A stretch of DNA of 32,709 nt from Octopus bimaculoides (taxonomy: Eukaryota): positions 100,580,892-100,613,600 of the forward strand of contig NC_068983.1 in the NCBI RefSeq assembly GCF_001194135.2. The letters are read 5' to 3'. Positions 21,370-32,709 of this stretch are shown here, in pieces. The translations under genes and the position numbers were made by a program. The notes beneath the pieces are model-generated. The model worked only from the letters and a program-made list of their open reading frames with translations, made no database searches and was not told where the DNA came from. How positions within the stretch are numbered: position 1 is the first letter of the stretch; every line of letters starts with the position of its first letter.

Positions 21370-21778
21370 CTTTTATCTTTTACTTGGGTCAGTGATTGAA
21401 CTGCGGCCATGCTGAAAGCACTACCATGCAGAGTTTTAATCAAACAAATCGACTCCGTTCTTATTTTTATAAAGTGGGCTACTTATTCTATCGGACTCTT
21501 TTGCTGAAGCGCTAAGTCACGGAGACGTAAAGAAACCAACACTGGTTGTCAAGTAGGAGGGGCAAGTAAAGACACAAAGATACACACACCTGTGTGTGTG
21601 TGTGTGTGTGTGTATGAAAGGCTTCCACGCAGCTTCCGTTTATTAGATTCACTCACAAAGCATTGTTCGGATCGGGAGTATAGTAGAGGACATTTGCCCA
21701 AGATACTACACTATTGGACTGAACCTGAAACCACGTTCTCGCAAAACGAGCTTCTAAATCACACAGCTATGCCTGCAC
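21370..21778 (-). mobile_element. Family B tRNA-derived SINE with an internal microsatellite, degenerate
   Basis: Reverse complement of the 32073 element: head GCAGGCATAGCTGTGTGATTTAG, the CTACTATA segment, a CA/TG tract at ~21572-21612, and the tail AAGTAAAAGATAAAAG. Confidence 0.82.
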
Positions 21779-22687
21779 CTCTCTCCATCATGTAAACTGA
21801 ATTTCCTTTTCATTTCTCTGGACCACTTCATTTCCAGAAAAGGTAGTAAAAATATAAAAGATGTAATACACTCGATACTAGCCAATCAGTTTTTGCCATT
21901 AGTTTCTATCTGTGGTTAGGTCTCTAGCTTCTTTAAAAGTAATGTAGAACGAGCTAGATCATCATTGACTGATAACGTTTATGTGTTCTATATTTCTAGG
22001 GTCGATGGTATAAGTATTAGTCAAGTAGTTATTCTATTCAATTGACAAGTATAATCTTCTGTACCAACTTAAGATATTAATTATAGCAGAATACAGAACT
22101 CGTGACTAAAAGACCAAAAGTCTGATATCTAAATTATCTTGACTCCTCACGAAAAACCTGAGTTTTTCATTAATTGACATGTTTAGNNNNNNNNNNNNNN
22201 NNNNNNNNNNNNNNNNNNNNNNNNNNNNNNNNNNNNNNNNNNNNNNNNNNNNNNNNNNNNNNNNNNNNNNNNNNNNNNNNNNNNNNNNNNNNNNNNNNNN
22301 NNNNNNNNNNNNNNNNNNNNNNNNNNNNNNNNNNNNNNNNNNNNNNNNNNNNNNNNNNNNNNNNNNNNNNNNNNNNNNNNNNNNNNNNNNNNNNNNNNNN
22401 NNNNNNNNNNNNNNNNNNNNNNNNNNNNNNNNNNNNNNNNNNNNNNNNNNNNNNNNNNNNNNNNNNNNNNNNNNNNNNNNNNNNNNNNNNNNNNNNNNNN
22501 NNNNNNNNNNNNNNNNNNNNNNNNNNNNNNNNNNNNNNNNNNNNNNNNNNNNNNNNNNNNNNNNNNNNNNNNNNNNNNNNNNNNNNNNNNNNNNNNNNNN
22601 NNNNNNNNNNNNNNNNNNNNNNNNNNNNNNNNNNNNNNNNNNNNNNNNNNNNNNNNNNNNNNNNNNNNNNNNNNNNNNNNNNNNNNN

Positions 22688-22983
22688 TGAGCGAAAACAC
22701 CTAAAAGCTCCACGAGGCTCCGGCAGGGGATGGTGGTGAACCCTGCTGTACTCTTTCACCACAACTTTCTCTCACTCTTTCTTCCTGTTTCCGTTGTGCC
22801 TGTAATTCAATGGGCCAGCCTTGTCACACTGTGTCACGCTGAATACCCCCGAGAACTACGTTAAGTGTACACGTGTCTGTGGAGTGCTCAGCTACTTGCG
22901 CGTTAATTTCACGAGCAGGCTGTTCCGTTGATCGGATCAACTGGAACCCTCGACGTCGTAAGCGACAGAGTGCCAACAACAAA
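22688..22983 (+). mobile_element. 3' portion of an abundant octopus-type retroposon, truncated by the assembly gap
   Basis: Ends in GGAACCCTCGACGTCGTAAGCGACAGAGTGCCAACAAC, with a short (AAC) tail. I recall this as a high-copy octopus repeat; the family is not verified. Confidence 0.6.
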
Positions 22984-23599
22984 CACGATATACAATTAAA
23001 GGATAAAATGGTAAGTGTTAAAAGAAATAGTCCAGTCTATTTGGATACTTTGTTTCGAGTAGTGGATCCAGGTATAGCTGTGTATTGACGAAGTTCACTT
23101 TGCAAAACTTTGGTTCTGAGTTCGATTCCTTATGCGTTAAAAATATACAAGTAACAAAAACAATGGCCCAGTACATTCTATTCTCAAGAAAATTGTTAAA
23201 AGCTTGAACAGCTATCAAAGTAAAAATAATTAATAAAACACAAAGGTTGAACTGTTGTCTTTACTCGTACCAGCCATATAAAAATGAATGCAGGTTATAA
23301 ACAGTTGAATAGAAATGAGTGCAAGCTATAAACGACTCAAAACACAACTTACAGTAAGAGTTAATTTGGATTTCACTATTTACATCAGCAAGTCACTAAG
23401 TGAAAAACAATTACAACACGAGTCGATAAAAAAAAATCTACAAGCTTGATTTTATTCGTGATCGATCAAGTTGCTTAAGAACACCTAACACAAACTGGTG
23501 CTCCAAGTTTTTGGACATTGAATGTTTCAGTGTACTGTGTGGAAATTACCAACAGATGGAAGCAGAAGAGAATGATCGATATGATAACACTATCAAAAT

Positions 23600-25980
23600 G
23601 GATTCTTTCGCTCCAAAACTACATCAGCAGCCTGGACACTAAGATACAATCAGATGCTAATTAGATACAAAGTGATTAAAGTATTCACGAACGACCAGCT
23701 TTAAACTTATGATAGACTTTCCAAAACTTACTAGTACTGTACTGCTGATGAGTGCCACCCAAGGTAAACTAATCCCTCTTAAAGAAGAACTATGAGTAGT
23801 GAATCGAAATCTTTGTTGTCGAAGAGAAGTAGTAAAACGTACGCTTATCAACCGCAAATTTGTTGATAGTCCACAAATAGCATATCGCAGCATGTAAGAC
23901 GATACTATCCAAGTTGTAAATGTGGTTCCGCAGGATGACCTGGAGTTATTCGTGTGGATTGTATCAGTAAAGTAAATAAGCAAATACAATATGTTTAAAT
24001 ATTTAGTTTACAGAAACAATATGATCAAATAAGCGAGACGGAAGGAGGGAGAGGAATGGAGAATAACTTTCTAGTTACGAACGTGGAAACACATGTCAAA
24101 AACTAAAGTCCTTTTTTATTCTTAAATATTATGTGTATACAATATATAGATTGTTTAAATAAGTTTCTCCATAATTATTGCGAAATAAATGATGTAGCAA
24201 GGGTTGAGCAAGCAAGGGAAAAGAAAAGTTTGTGGCTGTGTAGAAAAATTCTTCATGAAAACTGTGCTTAAAGAAACGAAGCTACATCGCCAAAGCCTAT
24301 CCGCAGTATAGTTAAACAGTAAAAAACGTTTGTTTCTGTACCTCGGATACTATAGTTGGTGTACCTTGCCAAGGTTTCATCTGCTATATTCAATGCCAAT
24401 GAAGGACTTACTACAACATGGTCCACAAATCTATACTCTAAGAACTAGACCAACAAAAATAGCTGTGAATTAGGTTATCGACAGAAATATTCCAGGATGA
24501 CAGCTTGTACTACTTTTTCGTCCTAGCAACAAACCATTTGACAACCTTGTGAGGAAGTACCAAGGCTACATGCTTGTTTGAATATGCCGAGAAGAAAAAT
24601 TTATCGCAACATTTTTGTCGATGACTGTAGTTATGTTCAGGTAATGTTTTCAACTAAAAGAGACACAGTTGATCTCAAGTTTCTCACAGAATATAAAAAT
24701 TGAGCATAAGTGTTTTTTGGCAATCAGTCAGTATTGTTGACTACTCTAGGAATATATTGATATAAATGTCCTCTCTATCTCTCCTATCTCCTATGATGAA
24801 ACTACAAGTATTTCAGAATTGAAGAGAAGGTTGTATCCGCTGGTGCTGTGAGTAAAGCAAAGGTAACAAAGGAATACTTATGGAGGTATGAAAATCAGAG
24901 CTGTACATACTGAATAAGACAATATCCCATAACGTTTTTGTAGTGCCACTGCAAGTACCAGTATTTAGACTAGGAAAATATTAACTATCAGTGGTAACTT
25001 TCACAATAACTGTACACTCACAGGATCTATGTGATACAGAGGGATGGAGGCAAAGACATAAGATCGATCCAACAGCTTTTGTAGGCCACATCATATCATT
25101 CAGACAACACCTTCTGAAGAGTAAAGTAGAAAATGAGTATATTACATGTGTACTCAACAGTGAAATTATAACATGTTGAAAGTAAGTGAAGAACTCCTGA
25201 ATAAGTAGGTACCTAAATATGTAATCATACAGTTATTACATGTAACCCAAGGGTAACCGGACTAACCTACTTAAGCAGAAATTTGCTGCGGGACATTTAT
25301 AAGATCAGTAGAAAATTATGTATATATGCAATTCCCTCAAAACGGAAGATACCAGCTACATTGACAGAGTAGCCTCTCTTGGAACCGTGAAAGATTTCAT
25401 CACACCTCACCTAGAAAGATAAGGTTTCGTAATTTAGAAGTAGAAAATATTTACTAAATATTTGATCAATAAAAAGAAGAGGATTGCCTCCAGGCCTCAA
25501 CGATGTGATAGAAATTGATAACTGTAGGTGAAAGATATTATTCACATCATCATCAGCTACCCCCAAATCTTCGCAAGGTATTATTTTCCCATGACTTTTT
25601 GCGGTGCTATCCAAGGAAGAACTGGCCGACTGTCATAGCAAAGGTACACCAGATTCAGAATGTCACTGAATCTTTAGAAATAAGTAATACTAGCCAATAA
25701 AAACTTCAACCCGGTACAACCAATAGATCTGATATTATTCTATGAAACAGAGAAAATTCATACACAGTTATAGAGTTCAACTATCAGACGGATATGAGTG
25801 TCGAGTCTAGAGTTGCGGAAAAAGAGAAAGACTGCTGTGAACTAATGCAGAAATTACAGTTCTTGGAGCTTGGCTGTAGATTTTCATTTTTAGCTGTTTA
25901 TAAATTCATTGCAATATATAACAAATTAGCATATACGTCTGTACAGTTTAACATCATCAGCTTGCACTTTTGGTAATTTT
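23600..25980 (+). mobile_element. R4/Dong-like (restriction-like endonuclease) non-LTR retrotransposon fossil
   Basis: Motifs in the correct order across frames: EIFQDDSLYYFFVLA (24484-24528; GIFQGDSLSPLLF), FVDD (24614-24625), YKYF (24803-24814), HRIYVIQRDGGKDI (25019-25060; RLYLPRxxGGRGL), DIIHIIISYPQIFARYYFPM (25534-25593; CCHC remnant), and NRSDIIL*NRENSYTVIEF..DMSVESRVAEKEK (25722-~25830; RPD..E..K endonuclease). The 5' boundary is approximate. Confidence 0.85.
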
Positions 25981-26767
25981 AGTGTAGTCCTGTCTATTGC
26001 AAACATTCAGACCCGGTCTCCACTTTCAGGATACCCTCCTCCTTCTCTTCCACCAGTCCTAGAGGATCTACAAAAGCCTCACGAGCACTGCGTTTCCCCT
26101 TGCTTAAAAGATAAAAATAAATCATGCTCAATTTGGAATATTCTCCCCTTTATACTAGACTTGGTAAGAATCTAAAAAAACACGATATATCTATCATCTA
26201 CTTTCTGATCACACGACTGTCATTAACTTGGATTTTAACCCAAAACAATTAATGCTGCAAGATTGATACCGACTAATTTAGCACTGTGATTAACTTTGTA
26301 ATTAGCAGTAACAAAAATTAAAGAAAATATATTCTAAACTAGAATTACTCATTTCAACATGATTGTAAAGAAAACAAAAGAGGCCAAAAAAATTATAATG
26401 ATGGAAAATATAAATTGAAAAATAAATACTGCTATTTAAAGCAGAATTTTATTTTCTAGACTATCATAATTTAGTAACAAAGTCAAAAAAGATATTTTCT
26501 TGAATTTTCTCTTCTTTTGGACGATTTAATTAGCACGTTATTGCTATTATTAATGAAAAATGACTAAATTACGATGGAAAATTTTAATGCAGTTATTTTT
26601 ATTGATTAAAGAATATTTTAATTCTTTCAAGCAAAATTTTTAAAATATGTGTGGAGGAATAATTTTTCTTTAATACTAAAAAATATTATTACATACAAAC
26701 AGTGATATAATTGCGCGTTTTCACTTATTACACATATATATGTATATTGCATTTATAACTATTCAAT

Positions 26768-26769
<2 letters not shown>

Positions 26770-26807
<38 letters not shown>

Positions 26808-26814
26808 TTATCTA
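26770..26814. repeat. (TCTA)n microsatellite
   Basis: Seen directly. Confidence 0.95.
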
Positions 26815-27137
26815 TATAAAATCTGGTAATTAGTCATATATTAATTAATATCGATNNNNNNNNNNAACAGGAACTAGTTTCGGATTTAACAAATTCTTAC
26901 CATTTGTCTATTCCTCATCAGCCTGATTTGTAATTTAACCGCAATCATCAGAATCGTATACAGAGTTGTTAAATCCGAATCGTATACAGAGTTGTTAAAT
27001 CCGAAACTAGTTGCTGTTTACCTTAATCCCCTGAGATTGCAGATAATATTTCTGAATCTCTTTGATTCTTTAGATGTGCTGGCCTCCTGATAATTAATCG
27101 ATATTAATTAATATATGATTAATTACCAGATTTTATA
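26815..27137. mobile_element. TATA-ended nested palindromic MITE-like element
   Basis: Outer inverted repeat at 26815-26855 and 27097-27137 (40/41). Inner inverted repeat at 26866-26892 and 26992-27018 (26/27). A 26-bp tandem duplication lies at 26951-27002. A 10-N gap falls inside, so the assembly is uncertain. Confidence 0.7.
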
Positions 27138-28258
27138 ATAATATTTTACCCATTGCCCATGTTCTCATAATGAATATATAAGACGCAGTAAATATTTTCT
27201 GCGGATATATTCCTGGAATTAGCGCGCCAAAACGAAGACTTTTGAATTTTACCATTAAGCTGTAATTAGCAGAACCATATGCACGCGCACCCATGGCGGT
27301 GGGCAACTCTGTATACGATTCTGNNNNNNNNNNNNNNNNNNNNNNNNNNNNNNNNNNNNNNNNNNNNNNNNNNNNNNNNNNNNNNNNNNNNNNNNNNNNN
27401 NNNNNNNNNNNNNNNNNNNNNNNNNNNNNNNNNNNNNNNNNNNNNNNNNNNNNNNNNNNNNNNNNNNNNNNNNNNNNNNNNNNNNNNNNNNNNNNNNNNN
27501 NNNNNNNNNNNNNNNNNNNNNNNNNNNNNNNNNNNNNNNNNNNNNNNNNNNNNNNNNNNNNNNNNNNNNNNNNNNNNNNNNNNNNNNNNNNNNNNNNNNN
27601 NNNNNNNNNNNNNNNNNNNNNNNNNNNNNNNNNNNNNNNNNNNNNNNNNNNNNNNNNNNNNNNNNNNNNNNNNNNNNNNNNNNNNNNNNNNNNNNNNNNN
27701 NNNNNNNNNNNNNNNNNNNNNNNNNNNNNNNNNNNNNNNNNNNNNNNNNNNNNNNNNNNNNNNNNNNNNNNNNNNNNNNNNNNNNNNNNNNNNNNNNNNN
27801 NNNNNNNNNNNNNNNNNNNNNNNNNNNNNNNNNNNNNNNNNNNNNNNNNNNNNNNNNNNNNNNNNNNNNNNNNNNNNNNNNNNNNNNNNNNNNNNNNNNN
27901 NNNNNNNNNNNNNNNNNNNNNNNNNNNNNNNNNNNNNNNNNNNNNNNNNNNNNNNNNNNNNNNNNNNNNNNNNNNNNNNNNNNNNNNNNNNNNNNNNNNN
28001 NNNNNNNNNNNNNNNNNNNNNNNNNNNNNNNNNNNNNNNNNNNNNNNNNNNNNNNNNNNNNNNNNNNNNNNNNNNNNNNNNNNNNNNNNNNNNNNNNNNN
28101 NNNNNNNNNNNNNNNNNNNNNNNNNNNNNNNNNNNNNNNNNNNNNNNNNNNNNNNNNNNNNNNNNNNNNNNNAAAAATATATAAGTCGAGTCTCGAGATC
28201 TTGGAGGCCATTCAGAAAGTGATCTTCCGTGTCCTCTGCAGCTGTCTGTTAAGTGTAT

Positions 28259-28259
<1 letters not shown>

Positions 28260-28303
<44 letters not shown>

Positions 28304-28318
28304 TGTGTGTGTGTGTGT
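28260..28318. repeat. (GT)n microsatellite
   Basis: Seen directly. Confidence 0.95.
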
Positions 28319-28581
28319 TATGCGAACGCACGAGTGCGTATGTGGCCGTGTGTGCGTATGTGAATGTAAAATATTTATCTCATAGATCTGCTTTCCTAGC
28401 CTCATTTCGTTTGACTTATGCGCATAAATATATCACCATTTGATAATATGACGACAGTAGACTTCAACATTATATAGAAACAACACAATAATGTTGAATC
28501 ATTTCAGTCACGCTGAAGCGTAATAGAGGCTGTCGTGTTTTAGTGGTATTGAGAAACATATCACTGTACTATTTACCGACA

Positions 28582-28700
28582 TTGTTGTTGTGGTTGTTGT
28601 TGTTGTTGTGGTTGTTGTTGTTGTTGTTGCTGCTGTTGTCGTTGTCGTCGTCATTGTTATTGTTGTTGTTGCTGCTGCTGGTGTTGTTGTTGCTGTTGTT
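28582..28700. repeat. Compound (GTT/GCT/GTC)n trinucleotide microsatellite
   Basis: Seen directly; it explains the poly-Leu ORF at 28543-28779. Confidence 0.95.
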
Positions 28701-29009
28701 TAGCCTCACCTCAGCCATGACTAAGCACACTTATGAATCGAATCCGTTTCAGTCATGTCTTTTTGTTCATATTTTTTAAGACGATCTGAAGTAATTTGAA
28801 GAAGATCTAGCTGCTATTTCTACCATATGGAGTAACCATGTGAAACTCATTCCTTGCAAGCCATTAACTACAATAACTTGCAATAAATATTAGTACATAT
28901 GTCGGTTTTAATATCTGCTTGTAACTCTTCAGCTATTTCACTTAAGCATTGCTAATAATTTTTTTAAAAGGCTAAGAACTAACAGTATTTTTTGTCCTAC
29001 ATCTTACTA

Positions 29010-29190
29010 CGTGGTCACTCGACCCGATCGAAATAGCAGCAATAATCTCCCTCAAATCTCACCCTATGGTCTTCAGTAATGAATGAAAACATTAAATAAT
29101 GTAGTCCTACATACTATTAAAATGACGGGATAGTCGCGATTGAAGTGCCTTTGTCAGAGGTCTGCTCAAACAGGTTGACTTAGTGTAAAA
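29010..29190 (+). mobile_element. Degenerate interspersed repeat (gaaatagcagc...ctccctcaaatc family)
   Basis: Shares its motif with ~12015-12060, ~12960-13000 (minus) and ~28790-28825 (minus). Confidence 0.55.
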
Positions 29191-29507
29191 CAACACAGCA
29201 CTTTCAAGTTAATATCAGCAATAAATCACTGATGTGTGAAACAGATTACAAAGTGTTATGCACTTGTTAGAACTTTCTGCAAAATATGACGGAGTGGTGA
29301 GTACCCTACATCAAAGGTAACAGACATGGTTGGAATTATTTAACATCACTTGAATTGCTAATGCCATTATAAAAGCATGTGTATCAAACAATCTCACTTG
29401 TCTTTCTTTGACAAAGATAAAACTTTGTATTATGTTTAAAAAATATCTTCAAAATTCAGTGTCTCATAATGATGAAATTCATTTTAAATACAGATTACTG
29501 GGACAGA

Positions 29508-29760
29508 AGCGAGCATGGCTGTGTTGTTAGAAATTTGTTTCCAAACCACATGGTTCCAGGTTCAGTTCCACTGCGCGGTAATTCGAGCAAGTGTCTTCTA
29601 CTATAGCTCTGAGGCACCCAAAGCCTTGTGAGTGGATTTGGCAGGTGAAAACTGAAAGAAGTGTATCGTACACACACAACACAAACACACACACACACAC
29701 ACACATACACACACACACGCACGCACATATACATATGATATGTGTGTGTGTGTATGTGTC
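29508..29760 (+). mobile_element. Family B SINE, 5' half ending in the internal microsatellite
   Basis: CATGGCTGTGTTG box A, GGTTCAGTTCC box B, GCAAGTGTCTTCTACTATAGC and AAAGCCTTGTGAGTGGATTTGG, then (CA)n/(TG)n. Homologous to the 32073 copy. Confidence 0.88.
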
Positions 29761-30156
29761 ATTGTGTTAGTTTCCCACCACAAGTAAACGATAAGAGATT
29801 GACACATCTTGTATCCTGTAACTAGAGCGATTACCAATAAAGACGTTTGAAAAGAATGAACCAGTGATTAGAAAAGAAACACCAATTCATACGAAATCAT
29901 TGAATGTAGATATGGGAGGAATGTTGTTTAGTGACGTATAAATCTACAGCAGAGATTTCTGGCGCGAAATCACTTGAGCGGTGTGTGCTTCTTACTATCT
30001 TCAGCACTTCAAGCTACACAGTGTACCTATCCCTTTTCACACTAGGCTAATGGTTCTCAAGCTGATAAATACCAAGTCATACTCTAACAGATTACTGAAA
30101 TTTTGTGGTAGCTTTTAATTTAAGCAGAAACCCAGCAATTCTTAGGACAAAAGAGC

Positions 30157-30245
30157 AGTCGATATCATCGACCTCCAAAATTTGACCAGTACTTTATTTT
30201 ATCGACCCTGAAAAGATGAACGGTGAAGTTGAACTTGGTAGGATG
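30157..30245 (-). mobile_element. Family A SINE core fragment
   Basis: gtcgatatcatcgacc...ccagtactttattttatcgaccctgaaaagatgaa...gttgaac is the reverse complement of the core. Confidence 0.7.
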
Positions 30246-31245
30246 AAAGAGATAGAAGTAGACGATAAATTAATGTTTACTCCTATATGATTCTTTATTT
30301 GCCATGGTGATGAACAAGTTTAAAAGTTTTTAACCAAATTAATTTTAACTTAAATATGGCTGTCTGTCCGCCTCCTTTTAAATTCTCACCTCGCTCGCCC
30401 TAGGAAGCCTTCACCTACCTTTATGAGAAACCCTGCATGAGACAAACTGTTCCAGCGAGAGTTTTGTCTGTGTAAACCATCGAGCATCCGACGAATAGTC
30501 TGATTCTCTATCGATGTAACCATCTGAGTGTGGGAGGAAGTATTGTCCTTTCAGAATTGTAGTTCAACTGATAATGTTACTAGCAAACCAACTTGTAACA
30601 TTATCAATTACTGAAAGCGTTATAAATAACCATGTTGAATTGTGCTGTTCTCTTTTATTCCTGACAGAATGCCGTTGCAGACATGATATAAACAGTATGT
30701 TGTTAAATCAATACAAAGATCTGACCAATGAACTTTAATATTTATTCGAGCCGACAGTGCACTTATCAAGAGGCTGTAATTTAACGAACTTTGAAGAGCG
30801 GAGGTAAATGAAGCAAATAACTTATTCAACCACACTTTATATATTCGTTAAATAAGGCATCGAATTTACCATAAAAGCGAAGTGGGAAGTCGCAACATTC
30901 ATGCTTTCTACGCGGGGTACCGGTGCAGTAAAAATGTGAAATGGCACCAACTAAGAAAGAAAGTCAGATCAAAGATCAGGTCATTAGAAAATCCATGCTG
31001 TGATATTTCAATGAGATGTTTAAGAAGAACCGCCTGAGTGAATGCGTTGATTGCTAGTCATATACTCAACTCATCTCCGAGGTAAATCAACCTTCACCCA
31101 ACAGTTGATAAGCAATAATTAAAAGCTCAACTGATAATTATATCTCCATCAGATTATATATTGTTATATATTGCCAAATTTGGTTAATCATATGCTTAAC
31201 AGATTATTAGCCACATACCCAACAAATTATTAATTATATATTAAA

Positions 31246-31251
<6 letters not shown>

Positions 31252-31330
<79 letters not shown>
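31252..31330. repeat. (CA)n-(TA)n compound microsatellite
   Basis: Seen directly. Confidence 0.97.
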
Positions 31331-31333
<3 letters not shown>

Positions 31334-32072
31334 CCAGCTGATACATTTCATCAAATAAATAGTTATATGTCTAAATGATAATTATGTCCAATAGATGTTA
31401 TGCACCCAAGGGATAATACAAAGGCACAAATATAAAGTCATGAGGAATACTCGTGGATGAATTAATTCATAACGAATAACAAAATAAACTGAAACTATCT
31501 TGCACTTATATAAACTATGTAAATGCACATAAACAATGAGGATGATAAACATAATCATGATCGTGGTGACACCCTTTCGTCAATTTATTTCACGAGCACT
31601 ATATATGCTCTTTGCCATATTCGATTGTCTCAAATTCAATATGTAACTGGTACATATTTCACTGAATTTGGTTATTTCTTCTCACGGTTTGCACACTAAA
31701 CACAAATACAAAATCATTTTATACACACGGACGCGTACGTGCAAACACACACACACACATATACACACATATACACACAAATACACACAAACGTACATAC
31801 TAGTATAACCAAAAGGAAACTAGCATTCAATAAATTACTCGACATAACATATTTCATATATTTTATATAGGCCTGTGGCAATACGGCATATATTTTCAAG
31901 CTAGGTCTGATCAAAGTTCATTTACCAAAAGTAGTATATTTTGTCAATAATCAATGTAGCATGTATTCCATTCACATAAAATAATATTTATATCATTATG
32001 ACATGTTCTACACACAAAGCTGTTAGAATGGGGCACGCATACACCACAATATACAAATTTTATTCAACATGT

Positions 32073-32480
32073 AGGAGTGGCTGTGTGGTAAGTAGCTTGC
32101 TTACCAACCACATGGTTCCGGGTTAAGTCCCACTGCGTGGCACGTTGGGCAAATGTCTTCTACTATAGCCTCGGGCCGACCAAAGCCTTGTGGGTGGATT
32201 TGGTAGACGAAAACTGAATGAAGCCCGTCGTATATATGTATATATGTGTGTGTGTGTGTTTGTGTGTCTGTGTTTGTCCCCCCTCCAACATCGCTTAACA
32301 ACCGGTGCTGGTGTGTTTAGGTCCCCGTAACTTAGCAGTTCGGCAAAAGAGATCAATAGAATAAGTACTAGGCTTACAAAGAATAAGTCCTGGGGTCGAT
32401 TTGCTCGACTAAAGGCGGTGCTCCAGTATGGCCACAGTCAAATGACTGAAACAAGTAAAAGAGTAAAAGAAAGTAAAGAG
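32073..32480 (+). mobile_element. Near full-length family B tRNA-derived SINE (octopus type) with an internal (TA)/(TG) microsatellite
   Basis: AGGAGTGGCTGTGTGGTAAG box A and GGGTTAAGTCC box B variant, a central domain, a microsatellite at ~32231-32272, a second half with ATAAGTAC...GGGGTCGATTTGCTCGACT, and the tail AAGTAAAAGAGTAAAAG. Confidence 0.92.
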
Positions 32481-32709
32481 TATGTATACTGAATATGTTT
32501 CCCATGATTAATATAAATGAGTTTCCGTATAAGATATATTCCAATTTTCGCGTAGCAAAATATTTGCAACACATATATATAATATACATTTCAAACATTG
32601 CCCATACACACAATACAGTGCATTATTCTTTCCTAAACGTCATTTAAACGTTCCTTCATTGAATCTTTTATGAACATATATGGAATGGCATATCCTTCGT
32701 AGGTTTTAC

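Noticed and set aside
23657-23989. 110-aa minus-strand ORF
   Set aside because: It is antisense to the R4/Dong-like fossil and shows no protein-like features of its own.
22106-28405. Long ORFs of 176-379 aa in the track
   Set aside because: They consist almost entirely of X from N-gaps at 22187-22687 and 27324-28172.
30645-30810. Strong plus-strand acceptor (ctcttttattcctgacag) with downstream GT donors
   Set aside because: The longer exon has stops in all frames, and the 27-nt version (CRCRHDIN) cannot be tied to any gene without expression data.

Overview
AT-rich, microsatellite-dense animal genomic DNA from a gapped draft assembly, with N-runs at 7055-7128, 17016-17144, 22187-22687, 26856-26865 and 27324-28172. 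I recognise the dominant tRNA-derived SINEs as octopus-type, so the source is probably Octopus (from recall, not searched). I find no intact host protein-coding gene, rRNA, true tRNA or CRISPR array, and the window looks intergenic or deep-intronic. Most ORFs in the track are artefacts of microsatellites or N-gaps. What can be read is a layered set of dead transposons. (i) A Tx1/L1-clade LINE fossil (~5060-6650, minus) split by a SINE. (ii) An internally deleted Hsmar1-like mariner with TIRs and TA target duplication (13193-14349). (iii) A degenerate transposase, probably Academ-type (~14990-15900, minus), missed by the ORF track. (iv) An R4/Dong-like retrotransposon fossil with a restriction-like endonuclease (~23600-25980, plus), mostly missed by the ORF track. 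(v) Three non-autonomous inverted-repeat elements: a 728-bp nested foldback with a 9-bp TSD, a 392-bp element carrying a TTAGGG array, and a TA-flanked nested palindrome. (vi) A 256-bp insertion of unknown family between 23-bp direct repeats. (vii) More than 10 SINE copies that appear to share and swap modules. I cannot support a new biological system. The best leads are the unclassified foldback and TTAGGG elements, the Academ-like and R4-like fossils, the 23-bp-TSD insertion and weak minus-strand exon candidates near 1.5 and 4.5 kb.
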